From positions 48,464,814-48,509,480 of the forward strand of contig NC_068995.1 in assembly GCF_001194135.2 (NCBI RefSeq): a DNA stretch of 44,667 nt, written 5' to 3'. Source of the DNA: Octopus bimaculoides. Taxonomy: Eukaryota. Of this stretch, positions 14,085 through 26,200 are shown piece by piece. The notes below the pieces were generated by a model that was given only the letters and a program-made list of their open reading frames with translations, was not told the origin of the DNA and did no database searches. Made by a program: the position numbers and the translations under genes. Each line of letters opens with the position of its first letter. The first letter of the stretch is position 1.

Positions 14085-14636
14085 NNNNNNNNNNNNNNNN
14101 NNNNNNNNNNNNNNNNNNNNNNNNNNNNNNNNNNNNNNNNNNNNNNNNNNNNNNNNNNNNNNNNNNNNNNNNNNNNNNNNNNNNNNNNNNNNNNNNNNNN
14201 NNNNNNNNNNNNNNNNNNNNNNNNNNNNNNNNNNNNNNNNNNNNNNNNNNNNNNNNNNNNNNNNNNNNNNNNNNNNNNNNNNNNNNNNNNNNNNNNNNNN
14301 NNNNNNNNNNNNNNNNNNNNNNNNNNNNNNNNNNNNNNNNNNNNNNNNNNNNNNNNNNNNNNNNNNNNNNNNNNNNNNNNNNNNNNNNNNNNNNNNNNNN
14401 NNNNNNNNNNNNNNNNNNNNNNNNNNNNNNNNNNNNNNNNNNNNNNNNNNNNNNNNNNNNNNNNNNNNNNNNNNNNNNNNNNNNNNNNNNNNNNNNNNNN
14501 NNNNNNNNNNNNNNNNNNNNNNNNNNNNNNNNNNNNNNNNNNNNNNNNNNNNNNNNNNNNNNNNNNNNNNNNNNNNNNNNNNNNNNNNNNNNNNNNNNNN
14601 NNNNNNNNNNNNNNNNNNNNNNNNNNNNNNNNNNNN

Positions 14637-14696
<60 letters not shown>

Positions 14697-14804
14697 TCAC
14701 GTGACCGACCAGCGTAGCAGATAGCTATAACAATGCGCTTTATATCGTTTTAGATTTCGAATGACGTTATTTTGCTTGGCAAAGCGAGGAGGCTAACGTT
14801 TGCC

Positions 14805-14915
14805 CGTTGATCGAAATGAAGTGATTTGTTTAACACTACACAACCCACGGTCTGTGAATCTAACCCACGATCTAGAGACCCAAAATGAAACACACTAACC
14901 AGTAGGTCATTCACG
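14805..14915 (-). mobile_element. Old tRNA-SINE head (family E type)
   Basis: Minus strand: tgacctactggttag...ctagatcgtgggttagattc. Confidence 0.5.
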
Positions 14916-16470
14916 CACGCACCACACAAACACACACACTCACACACTTACACAGATAGATAGAAAGATAGACAGATAGATAGATAAATATTCGTGTGTA
15001 TATGTATATAGTTATGTGTGTGTGAGAGCGTGTGTGTGTGTGAGCGTGTATGTGAGCGTGCGTCTGTGTATGTGTGTGTGTATACGCATGTACAGATATG
15101 CACTCTTTTTTACGGTTGCAATATGGCGCCTATATACTAAATAGGCAAGCATATAGGCAAATACAATATGGCTGCGATATTTTGTGGTTACGGTAAACTA
15201 GATGCTGTAAGTCCTGATGCCATCTCTTGCAGTTCGAATGACCTTGTTGCATTCAAGTTACCATTGTCTCATGATCTCTATTGGTGTTCACTATTGCTGA
15301 GTAACCAGATATATGATCGCTGCTGTTCCGGCCACGACAATCCTGGTCATTTTACGTACGTAGGACCATATTGCATAACGTTTCCTTCTGTTGCAGAAGA
15401 CAGTAATATATGAAGAATTTTAGTCGCGGATGTCTATCATTTAGGCTACGTTGTAGAAGGACACTTTGTTAGCCAGTCACATAAGTTCGATAGTCAGAGA
15501 TGGAAATTGCAGTCTTCTGTGAAGCTAGCTGACGTCAGTATTTACTGCATGTATCGTCCGAACCCGCTAATATGCATACGAATAAACAAATGAAGCTCAT
15601 TTACACATACATACGCACTTTTATCCATATACACGAACACACACACAGACATGCACTGTATAAACAGACCCACAGATACATATATCAATCAAAAAGATGA
15701 ATAAAAACACAATACACATGCACACAAGTACATGCGCTCATACACATTCATGGAACACACAACCGCAACGACACACGTTTTTGATTACGTGTAAAATAAA
15801 CGCCCGTCATTCAAGGAAAACACTTGATTGTTGCTTTTATTAAGAAATAAAACACTTACATGTCATCTTGGTTTTTTATAGGTTTGGACAGAGCAGGGAC
15901 AGTGACTGGGCAGGGAGAAATGTAGGGCAGCAAGCAGGGAGGCAAACAGGCAGGCAGGCAGGCTGTCGGGTAGGCAGGCAGGCATCAGTTTAATGAATGA
16001 TGGAGAGCTGTTTCAAAGACCTGACTTTAATCATAATTGCACGTGTAAATATATGTATAGCGTCAAATACTACACAAACAATGCAATATACATTTATACA
16101 GACAAAAATGTACACACCCACCCTCATCTATTACACATAAATTTTCATCTATGCACATCCACAAGGAAACCCAAGAGAAAGAAAGAAAGTGGGAGAGATA
16201 TTTATAAAGAAAATACATATACATGAAGTGAAAATAAAGGGCGAAGGAGAGACTGAAAGATATACAGGGAGAGAGAGAGGGGGGGAAAGAAACACATAGA
16301 GAGAGCGAGAGAGAGGTACAGAGAGAGAGGTACAGAGTGAGAGACAGGGGAGAGGAACACACGTACAGAAAGAGAGAGAAAAACAGAAAGAGATAGAAAG
16401 AGTAGGAGTTGTGTATGCGTATGTATATGTGGGTATTATCTATGAGTGCGTCTATATAGTTTGTGTGGTG

Positions 16471-16684
16471 AAGGCGGCGGGCTGGCGGAATCGTTAGCAC
16501 GCCGGGTGAAATGCTTAGCGGCATTTCGTCTGTCTTTATGTTCTGAGTTCAAATTCCGCCGAGGTCGATTTTGCCTTTCATCTTTTCGGGGTCGATAAAT
16601 TAAGTACCAGTTGCGCACTGGTGTCGATCTAATCGACTGACACCTCCCCCAAAAATTTCAGGCCTTGTGCCTAGAATAGAAAAG
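16471..16684 (+). mobile_element. SINE family B (OR2-like), near full length
   Basis: ggcggcgggctggcggaatcgttagc head, B-box gagttcaaattcc, central gcctttcatcttttcggggtcgataaattaagtaccag domain. Confidence 0.9.
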
Positions 16685-17442
16685 TATATACTTTGTGTGG
16701 TCACTCAGCAGATAAATGAGTGCGGGAGAGTGCCTGTATGTGCTGTATGTGCGCATGCGTCAGTGAATGTGATTATACGTGCGCGTGTGTTGTGTTGTGT
16801 TTATATATGTGCGTAGATATGTGTGTGTGTGTGTGTGTGTGTATGAGTGCTTGTGTGTCTGTGTGTGTGCGTGCACCTCTGAATATGTCTGCGTGAGAGT
16901 ATGTATGTGTTAGTGCTAATGTGCGTGTGAATATACTTGTGCGTGTGTTTGGGTGTCTAAGTGTATGAGATTTTGTATCTGTATGTGTGTGTGTAAGTAT
17001 ATGTGTGTGCGTGTCTATAAATGCATGAATATCTATATGTATTTGCGTGTATGTATATGCAAGTCAGTGTGTGCACGCGCGCACGTGTGTGTGTGTCTGA
17101 GAGAGAGTGTGTGTCTGGGACTAGGTCTATACACCGTGGACAGCAAAACAAACCAGAGACGAAAACTTGTAGTCTTTGGTTAATCTATTTCCGGAAACCA
17201 AGCATTTAACTGCGATAATGTTTGTAAACATTAATACATATTTTAGCTCAACTTGTCAATCAAGGTGCCGACTCAACCCGTTGCACTCATGGCGTATATG
17301 TGCATATGCATATATAACTACGAGTGTGTGTATGCATATGTGTATGTGTGTGAAATGTTATGCACATGTGTGCATAAACACGAGCACTTACGCAACCGTG
17401 TGCAAAGGCACCTTGCGCGTTTACATGTATAGAGGTATAATT

Positions 17443-17495
<53 letters not shown>

Positions 17496-18159
17496 TATAC
17501 AGACATACTCACTCACACGGGGACACACATATATATACACATACATATATACATTAGGTTACATAAAGTTACAAATATATGCGCACATACATACACATGT
17601 GTGTGTGTATGCATGTATGTATCCATTAGATAAAAACTTAGTTTATAATATGCAAAAATGTCACTACGAATATATATATGTGTATGTCTGTGTGTATGTC
17701 TGTGTGTATGTATACCTGTATACATGTATACGTACACACACACTTTTAACTATAGGTGCATATGCATGTGCGTCTGTATAAGATATGAGTGTATGCTTGT
17801 GAGTGTATGTGTGTGTACATTTGTATGTGTGTGTATGTGTGTGTACATTTGTATGTGTGTGTACATTTGTATGTGTGTGTATGTGTGTGTGTGTGCGCGT
17901 ATGTGTGCGTGTGTATATGTGTGTATGCGCATGTTTGTTTATTCTTGCATGAGAAATGACGATCTATAATTTATTTGACATACTTGTGTTACTAAACAGC
18001 TCTGATATTTTGCACCAATAATGGCGGTATTTGATGATGATGATCATGGTCGTGATGACGACGACGACGTAAATGACTGCAGCAGCGACAACAGACTTGA
18101 CCGCTAAACCATGACCACAACGACGATGATGATAACGATGATGCAAGGATGATGGTATC

Positions 18160-18195
<36 letters not shown>

Positions 18196-18844
18196 AATCG
18201 TTTCTGTTTTAGCCACAAGAGCTGGAAGAGCCATCGAATACATTCAGAGTAACGTTATACAGCGCGTATGTATGACCAAGTTGTGTACGACGGGAAAGAA
18301 GATATACAATGCCATGTTGAGAGTTGGCCGTCATTTCCTTGAGTGTGAATGAATTAAAATTAAAATTACATGGCTTAAAATACGCAGAGATAAATAGCAG
18401 ACTGATACAAAAACAGAGTAATGAGAGTAATTTAAAATGGAATGAAAAATAAAAAATATTCCCTTTGAAATTACTCTTAATCGTGGTTTGGGCTTTAACT
18501 GCTCTTTCTAGCATGTAACGTGTCCAGTTAAAGGTTACCTCTTTTATATGAAAAATATGTGGTCCATTGACTTTATTATACATGCTGGCCACCGGTGGAA
18601 AATTTCTCTAAATTTTCTACCCTTATTATTTTCAAAGTAAAACAAGGTATTTAGGTACGAAAAGACAAAATGGACTCGCGCGTCGAAGACAACGTTTGAG
18701 AGTCCAGCTGTTACCAACCGACCTGCAAAAATGATTTGTTATTAGTTGTCAAGAGTATGTGCCGGACATTGGCTCACTCTCTCCATCGAATTGACGTTGT
18801 CTGAACAGGTGTGCGATGTACCAACGTGTTCCGGGAAGCTAAGT

Positions 18845-18971
18845 GATCGCAGAACGACGTGAGGCGACGAGTTTTGATCAAGAACAGAACGCGACGCCCG
18901 GTCTAAGAACTGAAACAGCGATCTCGCGATCGTGAGTGCAACACCCTAAACACCAAACTATATGCTCACGC
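18845..18971 (-). mobile_element. Old tRNA-SINE head (family D/E type)
   Basis: gatcgtgagtgcaac is shared with 29234-29248; ttttgatcaag corresponds to ttttgctcaag at 29178. Confidence 0.65.
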
Positions 18972-19347
18972 AGATATGTATGTGTGTGTGTATACATGTA
19001 TGTATATATATGCATATATATATGGATGTATAAATAAATATATATATATTTATCTATATATATATAGTGAAGTATATATATATAATTATATATATATGTA
19101 TGTATGTTGTGTCGAGGCCCTCAGGCGAAGAAGTAGGACTCCCAAGACATATACATAGCGGTAGTTTGACCGTGGTAGGAGTGTTGAGTAGCAGTCGAGT
19201 AGCAGTTGTGTAGCGATTGAGTAGAGATCATCCGAAGGTGCTAGATAGCAGTAGCTTGAGACATAACAGTATATATATATATCTATATGTATACATACAT
19301 ATATATACATATATATATACACATACATACACACATACATACACACA

Positions 19348-19382
<35 letters not shown>

Positions 19383-19634
19383 TCATACATATATATATAT
19401 ATATACAGATACACATTCACACATATATACATAACGTCGGAGACTTTCCATTCCTCCCGAGCGTAAAACTAACACACTTGCTTGTTGTTCCGTTGTTCCC
19501 TCATCTATCTTCGTGTTTCGCTTTCCCTAAATTCGAGTTATACATACACACACACACACATACACACACACACAGAGTGAGAGAGGGAGGAGAAAACAAG
19601 ATTTTGAATCAGAGAAAGAGAAAGAGACAGTGAA

Positions 19635-19678
19635 TTGCGTGGTCTTTTGGTTGGGGCACACACGATCACAAGATCGTG
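19635..19678 (+). mobile_element. Degenerate tRNA-SINE head (family D/E type) fused to the U6 segment
   Basis: A-box-like tggtcttttgg. The string cacacacgatcacaagatcgtggcttc matches the minus-strand head at about 18912-18938 (cactcacgatcgcgagatcgctgtttc). Confidence 0.6.
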
Positions 19679-19756
19679 GCTTCGGCGGTACCTATTCTAA
19701 AATTGGGATTCTATAGAGAAGATTGGCATGACCCCCAAAGCAAGAAAAGACCGTGA
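19679..19756 (+). pseudogene. Degenerate U6 snRNA-derived segment
   Basis: gcttcggcggtacctattctaaaattgggattctatagagaagattggcatgacccc aligns ungapped, 46/57, to the metazoan U6 sequence as I recall it. The ACAGAGA box is mutated to ATAGAGA and there is no U6 3' end. Confidence 0.85.
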
Positions 19757-20002
19757 GTTGGCTTCTCAGATTGAGGAATCGTTGAGAGAGCAACAAACTT
19801 CTATTTCACGCTGTTCCAATCTTACTCAGCCGCGGCAGCCTGCCGTTCGCGTCACGGGGAATGTTGGTCGGCCTGCCTACACGACAGGATAGCATCGTTT
19901 GAAAGCTAAATCAACGCGCGGAGGCCCGTGGCGAGCAGCGGTATATAATAACATCCAGTAGTCTGGTCGATACAGTGTTACAGTAACACATACACGCAAA
20001 CA

Positions 20003-20034
<32 letters not shown>

Positions 20035-20344
20035 GACACACACATACACACACACACACACCTACGCACGCACGTATACACATGCACATTCGCAAATACA
20101 CACATGCACATTCGCACATACACACATGCACAATCACGCATACACACATGCACATTCTCATATACACACATGTATTCATGTCTAAAGGTTTATATCTTAT
20201 TCCAATGTCTGAATGCCTTTAAAAATTCTTAAGGACCTGATTTTGCACACGCTACAAAAGTAACGCCGAAACTAAATTTAACCCTATGAATTCTCAGCAA
20301 CAGAATGTTTTGGGTGCCCTAATATGATAAAAATTGAAATCTCT

Positions 20345-20455
20345 CAGTGGTTCTCAACCGGGGTACATAGGGGATTTTGTTAAAATTTAGCTGCAGTAAA
20401 TTGATTATAATACTGTAATATACAAAATATTTTAAGAATTTATTCTAGAAGTTAG
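20345..20455 (+). mobile_element. hAT (Charlie-type) terminal fragment
   Basis: CAGTGGTTCTCAACC resembles a Charlie TIR; no partner TIR found. Confidence 0.45.
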
Positions 20456-20469
20456 GATTCCTGTTTCTG

Positions 20470-20539
<70 letters not shown>

Positions 20540-20564
20540 AACACAAACACACACAGATATATGT

Positions 20565-20785
20565 TCAATCGCCATATCGCGCTTCACCTATCGCGGTTTA
20601 TTATTTAAGTTCACGTCGATTCCTCTGTTGTGTTGTTTTGCCTTTATAATAAAATAAATATATACAAATTATAAAAGCAATTTTAAAAATATGCAGTACA
20701 CTATTGTTTCTACTTCGCGGATTTTCACCTGTCAACAGGGGTGGTGCTACTGAACGCAACACCCGCGATAGTCGAAGGAACACTG
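20565..20785. mobile_element. Tigger/pogo-like MITE remnant
   Basis: tcgccatatcgcgcttcacctatcgcgg on the left and ttcgcggattttcacct...cccgcgatagtcgaaggaacactg on the right, around an AT-rich core. These repeated TATCGCGG motifs are typical of Tigger subterminal regions. Confidence 0.6.
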
Positions 20786-20793
20786 GGTGCGTG

Positions 20794-20866
<73 letters not shown>

Positions 20867-22110
20867 ATCTGTTTCTATATATGTCTCTCTCTGAATGCAT
20901 GTGTCTGTTTGTGTATGTCTATTTACGTACGTATGTATTTGTTAAATTAAAGGGAAAAAGAGACAAGTATGTAGAGGTGGCGACGTATAACACGCAGATA
21001 GAAATTATCATATAACATGTCATAAACTAAATAATAGCAGGATTGTTAACAATCATAAAAGGTTCCAATTTACTGTACATAGTTTTTCACACAATATATT
21101 TACATATGATTAAAGTCGCTTGCAACTGAGGTGAAAAGTCTCGTACGAAAAATGTATCTGTATATTTTTATATGTGTCTGTTCACAAACACACATATACA
21201 CACACGCGCACACACAATGATACACACTTTCACATATGCGCACACACATTCACACGCACATATAACTTGCCTATCAAAATTTCTCCCTCTCTCATTCTTT
21301 TCTCTTTCTATGGCTTTGAATTTACACATAAACACACAAACACACACACACACACACACACATGCACACATCTACACGCACATATACGTTGTTTATCGCA
21401 TTTTCTTTCTCCGTCTTTCTTTTCCCTTTCTATCCCTTTCTATTTAAACGCTCTCACACACACACACACACACACACATGTACATACATATATATGTGCG
21501 AATATATATATANNNNNNNNNNNNNNNNNNNNNNNNNNNNNNNNNNNNNNNNNNNNNNNNNNNNNNNNNNNNNNNNNNNNNNNNNNNNNNNNNNNNNNNN
21601 NNNNNNNNNNNNNNNNNNNNNNNNNNNNNNNNNNNNNNNNNNNNNNNNNNNNNNNNNNNNNNNNNNNNNNNNNNNNNNNNNNNNNNNNNNNNNNNNNNNN
21701 NNNNNNNNNNNNNNNNNNNNNNNNNNNNNNNNNNNNNNNNNNNNNNNNNNNNNNNNNNNNNNNNNNNNNNNNNNNNNNNNNNNNNNNNNNNNNNNNNNNN
21801 NNNNNNNNNNNNNNNNNNNNNNNNNNNNNNNNNNNNNNNNNNNNNNNNNNNNNNNNNNNNNNNNNNNNNNNNNNNNNNNNNNNNNNNNNNNNNNNNNNNN
21901 NNNNNNNNNNNNNNNNNNNNNNNNNNNNNNNNNNNNNNNNNNNNNNNNNATATATATATATTATTATTATTATTATTACTATTATTATTATTATTATTAT
22001 CAACACCATCATCAACATCATCGTCGTCATCATCATTGTTTTTTGTTACAGGTGTTTGTGCGTGTGTACATACGATAAATATCTGAATGTGTGTGTGCAT
22101 GTGTGTGCAT

Positions 22111-22143
<33 letters not shown>

Positions 22144-22153
22144 NNNNNNNNNN

Positions 22154-22202
<49 letters not shown>

Positions 22203-22782
22203 TAACGCATGCGCTTGTGTGCCAGTAATTTTTTTGTTTTGTTCTTTTCGGGTGTCGAGCAATGAAACGTCGTGTATATGTGTATATATCAGTGAGCGTG
22301 CATATCCGATATACATATGTACGTGTGTATGCGTATACCTGTGTGCATGTGTATGCGTGTGCGCGCTTTTGTGCGTGTTTATGTGTGTAGGTATTTAATT
22401 TCTTTACTAATCTCTTGCTGAATACTTTTTTCCTATTGTTCTCTTGTCGATTGAAGCGAAAGTGTTTTTGTCATTTTCTAAAAACAATTTTGGTTCTATA
22501 CGTCACCCCATATCCGTACTTTTGACTTAACCTCCGAACTTAAAGGGCCACACTTCCTGTTCAAACCTTCACACATCAAATCCTTATCTCTGTTTAAACT
22601 AGACACGTTCTTCATTTCAATACAATGCAACACAAATTGTTGTAGCTTGAATATTTTTTTTTCTTTATGTGTATGTTTATATTAAATATGCTGCATGTGT
22701 ATATGTGTATATTTAAGCATATATGAGTAAGTATCTCGCTTTCTGCCTGACCTGACACTCTCTCCGTCTGTCGTTTTCCAAC

Positions 22783-22816
<34 letters not shown>

Positions 22817-23204
22817 NNNNNNNNNNNNNNNNNNNNNNNNNNNNNNNNNNNNNNNNNNNNNNNNNNNNNNNNNNNNNNNNNNNNNNNNNNNNNNNNNNNN
22901 NNNNNNNNNNNNNNNNNNNNNNNNNNNNNNNNNNNNNNNNNNNNNNNNNNNNNNNNNNNNNNNNNNNNNNNNNNNNNNNNNNNNNNNNNNNNNNNNNNNN
23001 NNNNNNNNNNNNNNNNNNNNNNNNNNNNNNNNNNNNNNNNNNNNNNNNNNNNNNNNNNNNNNNNNNNNNNNNNNNNNNNNNNNNNNNNNNNNNNNNNNNN
23101 NNNNNNNNNNNNNNNNNNNNNNNNNNNNNNNNNNNNNNNNNNNNNNNNNNNNNNNNNNNNNNNNNNNNNNNNNNNNNNNNNNNNNNNNNNNNNNNNNNNN
23201 NNNN

Positions 23205-23368
23205 TACCTGTATTTCAAAAGGTCAGCCTTGTCACACTCTAAGTCATGCTGAATCTCCCCAAGAACTACGTTAAAGGAACTCGTGTCTGTGGGGAGCTCA
23301 GCGACTTGCACCTTAATTTCACAAGCAGGCTGTTCCGTTGATCGGATCATCTGGAACCAGAGTGCCGC
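23205..23368 (+). mobile_element. SINE family D, 3' body
   Basis: tacctgtatttcaaaaggtcagccttgtcac...gcaggctgttccgttgatcggatcatctggaacc matches 12690-12845 in inverted orientation. Confidence 0.85.
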
Positions 23369-23401
23369 GATAGGATACATATTCATATCGTGTACTTCCT
23401 C

Positions 23402-23480
23402 ACAGTTTCCTATACCAAAATCTATCACACAATTTTTGTTAGCCCGGAGCTTCACTAATGCCCAATGTGCCGTGCACGTA
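23402..23480 (-). mobile_element. SINE family A, 5' portion (old)
   Basis: cagtttcctataccaaaatctatcacac...ttagcccgg...gcccaatgtgcc is a degenerate reverse complement of 5730-5812. Confidence 0.55.
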
Positions 23481-23867
23481 GTTGCACTCATGCTTATCAA
23501 TGTCTCAACCCTGAATGTGCCTATATTATCAACATAGAACCACATGGATTCTCTAATATCATAATACATATTATTATTGTTCCAGAATTTGGTTCAATAC
23601 ACGCCAATGCAGCAAATAGTTACCATTTCTTTATCTATTAAGTTAAACAGTGGAGAGGTTTATAAAAGCCAATTTTGCTTTTCCTTCTTTCGCATTCGAT
23701 GAAATGCTATACCAGTCAAGTATTGGGTGGATGGTATTAACTAACTCATCCCTTCCAAAATGGCAACCTTGTTCCAAAATCAGAATCCATTATGCAAATA
23801 CGATTTTGCTTCCACTATAGGTGGAAGGCCTGAAATATTTGTGCGTCTGGGGGAGGGATATATGTGC

Positions 23868-24010
23868 GAAGAACTAATTGACTGTATCAACCCTAGTATT
23901 TATTTTATCGACCCGAAAAGCCAAAGTCATCATCCACAGCGGAATTTCAGCTCACAATGTAAAACCGGAAGAGCCATCGCTAAGTATTTTGTCTGCCAGT
24001 TGGCCGAGTT
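23868..24010 (-). mobile_element. SINE family B (old)
   Basis: agtatttattttatcgacccgaaaag...cggaatttcagctcac...cgctaagtatttt...ctgccagttggccg is a degenerate reverse complement of the 16471 copy. Confidence 0.7.
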
Positions 24011-24384
24011 CAAAACGTTACATATGAAGAAAAGAAACGGATAGCAATTGTTTATTTTTTCCCAGCATAGTAAACAATGGAACAAAACACAACGACTTAA
24101 CTTTCTACCCAGAATTTTTGGCTTTCTCAAAAACATTAAAATAAGCCAAGAGTTTGAAATTCCGACTATTGCTCATCATTCTTTATGACATCCAGTGTTT
24201 TGGTATTTGAGGCATTATAAATATCTGGTTAATTAATGCAATATGGCATTTTTAATGAATCCTGCTCAATGTGATCGCGTACATACCTCAATATATTTGT
24301 AAAATTCAAGATTCGTTAGTTTCTCTCAACAGTAACGATGTACAGTCATAATACCACCCACCGTCCTTCTCCACTTACTTTTAG

Positions 24385-24545
24385 TTGTTGTTGTCATTCT
24401 TCTTTTTCTTGTTGTTGCTGTTGTTTTTGTTGTTGCTGTTGTTGTTGTTGTTGTTCTTCTTCTTCTTCTTCTTCTTCTTCTTCTTCTTCTTCTTCTTCTT
24501 CTTCTTCTTCTCCTCCTCCTTTCTTCTCTCTTTCTTCTTTCCCTT
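24385..24545 (+). repeat. Compound microsatellite (TTG)n-(TTC)n-(TCC)n
   Basis: Seen directly in the sequence. Confidence 0.95.
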
Positions 24546-24564
24546 CTGCTGCATCTCTTTTATC

Positions 24565-24625
24565 TTCTATCTTTTACTTCTCTCAGTCATTGTACTGTGG
24601 CGAAGCTGCAGCACTGCCTTGAAGC
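24565..24625 (-). mobile_element. SINE family A, 3' fragment (old)
   Basis: cttttacttctctcagtcattgtactgtggcgaagctgcagcactgccttgaag. Confidence 0.6.
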
Positions 24626-25239
24626 GTTTAAACGAACAAAAACAGTCCAGACTCACCCGAAACTATCTTTAATTACAACACATAACTCAAGAAACACAAA
24701 AAAACATTCGACATTATCCATTAGAACACACCATTGCGGAGTCAAGACCTAGGAATGAATACGAGAATTCAAACATACAATGTAAAATCGATAAAAAAAA
24801 TTGCTTAAGAAGGCAAAACTATCAGCGACAGACTCTGCTCCAACAGTTAAAAAGTGTAGCCAATCTAAATGTGGAACATGCACCAACATAATTGCAGACA
24901 CATCATGTAACTTTGAATGCTACGAAAAACCACTTACTTGCTCTTCAAAAATTTTAATATATCCATTCAGAAGTAATGGATGCAGCGATGATTACACTGG
25001 ACAAACTAAACTCACTCACATTAAGACTGAGATTAACGATTCATCGACAACAAATATGTGACCACAGTACTAGACAAATCCCACTCAGTAAACATTTGGA
25101 CATATGCGCAGCAACGAAATCTGCCAAATTCCCAGTCTTCCCACTTTATCAATGTGCAGTCAATACCACAGACGAAACCTGAATGGATAAAGAAAATTCG
25201 TTTATGACAAAATATGAACCATGACTGAATAGGTTATAA
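24626..25239 (+). mobile_element. Decayed Penelope-like retroelement 3' end (Neptune/Naiad-type linker plus GIY-YIG)
   Basis: CSQSKCGTC (CxxxxCxxC, 24855-24881), LTCSSKILIY..GCSDDYTGQT, then after a frameshift LRLRLTIHRQQI, LSKHLDIC and the terminal P*LN. Confidence 0.88.
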
Positions 25240-25518
25240 AATATACCAGTAAGATACGATACACCATTCACAATCGATGCTGTTCTCGATTATATAAAAA
25301 TCTAAATTGATTTGTACATTTCTTTTAAGTTTATTATTTCGCAAATTTCAGTTATGTTCATTTTATTTCCACAGATTTTCATTAAGTCCTCTTCGCCTTA
25401 TTTTGTGCGTGTTTCGGGGTGGGGATCGTTAGTTTGTTTCATTTAATACACTCGCAAACGTGCAGAGACGCACACACACGCCTACATATCCAACAACTGG
25501 TATATATATATCTCTCTC

Positions 25519-25591
<73 letters not shown>

Positions 25592-25861
25592 ATTTCTGTG
25601 TTTATTTGTATTTCTTCTGTAAACAACATATTTAAACGGATGTTGTGAAAATTTACGAACTAAATAATTATTTTTATTCCCTTGCGATTTCCAACAATTT
25701 CTAACTGCAGTTATTATAATAAATTTTCACTCTAGACAGTTTGATACTAACATTATTTTTCAATCAGTCTCACCACATTTTTCTTAGAAATACTGAATCA
25801 TTCGCTAAAATAGTATATTTAACACAAAAATGTCACCATAACTGGGTTAAATAAGATTATA

Positions 25862-26085
25862 GTTGACTACAGCCATGCTGGGGCACCGTCTCGAAGAGTT
25901 CTAATCGAATGAATCAACACCAAGACTTATTGTCTAAGCCGAGTACTTACACTATCGGTCTTTTTTGCCGACCAGATACGTTACTGGGACGAAAACACAC
26001 CAACATCGTTTGTCAAGCGGTGTTCGGGAAATAATCACAGACACAGACAAACACATACATATATAGATATAGATGTATATAAGTG

Positions 26086-26121
<36 letters not shown>

Positions 26122-26200
26122 TGTGTGTGTGTGTGTGTGCGTGTGTGTGTGCGTGCGTGCATGCTTGCGTGCGTGCGTGCGTGTCTGTGTGTGTGTGTGT
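25862..26200 (-). mobile_element. SINE family A, 3' half (older), ending in microsatellite and gap
   Basis: ttgactacagccatgctggggcacc...ctatcggtcttttttgccg...acaccaacatcgtttgtcaagcgg. Confidence 0.85.

Noticed and set aside
15168-15413. 81-aa ORF MAAIFCGYGK...
   Set aside because: It has no recognisable motif or coherent splice structure, so it is unsupported without homology data.
18255-18342. Ig-like peptide YDQVVYDGKEDIQCHVESWPSFP (Lachesin/DIP-like CHVE..P)
   Set aside because: It is bounded by stops with no usable splice sites and lacks the following conserved Trp.
19679-19756. Functional U6 gene
   Set aside because: The ACAGAGA box is mutated, the 3' stem and T-run are missing, and no upstream PSE/TATA arrangement is evident.
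23760-24044. 94-aa ORF as a gene
   Set aside because: Its 3' half is an antisense family B SINE.
25178-25224. In-frame TGA codons in the Neptune/Naiad-like element as selenocysteine
   Set aside because: They are not at Cys-type positions, are compatible with CGA-to-TGA decay, and the copy is frameshifted.
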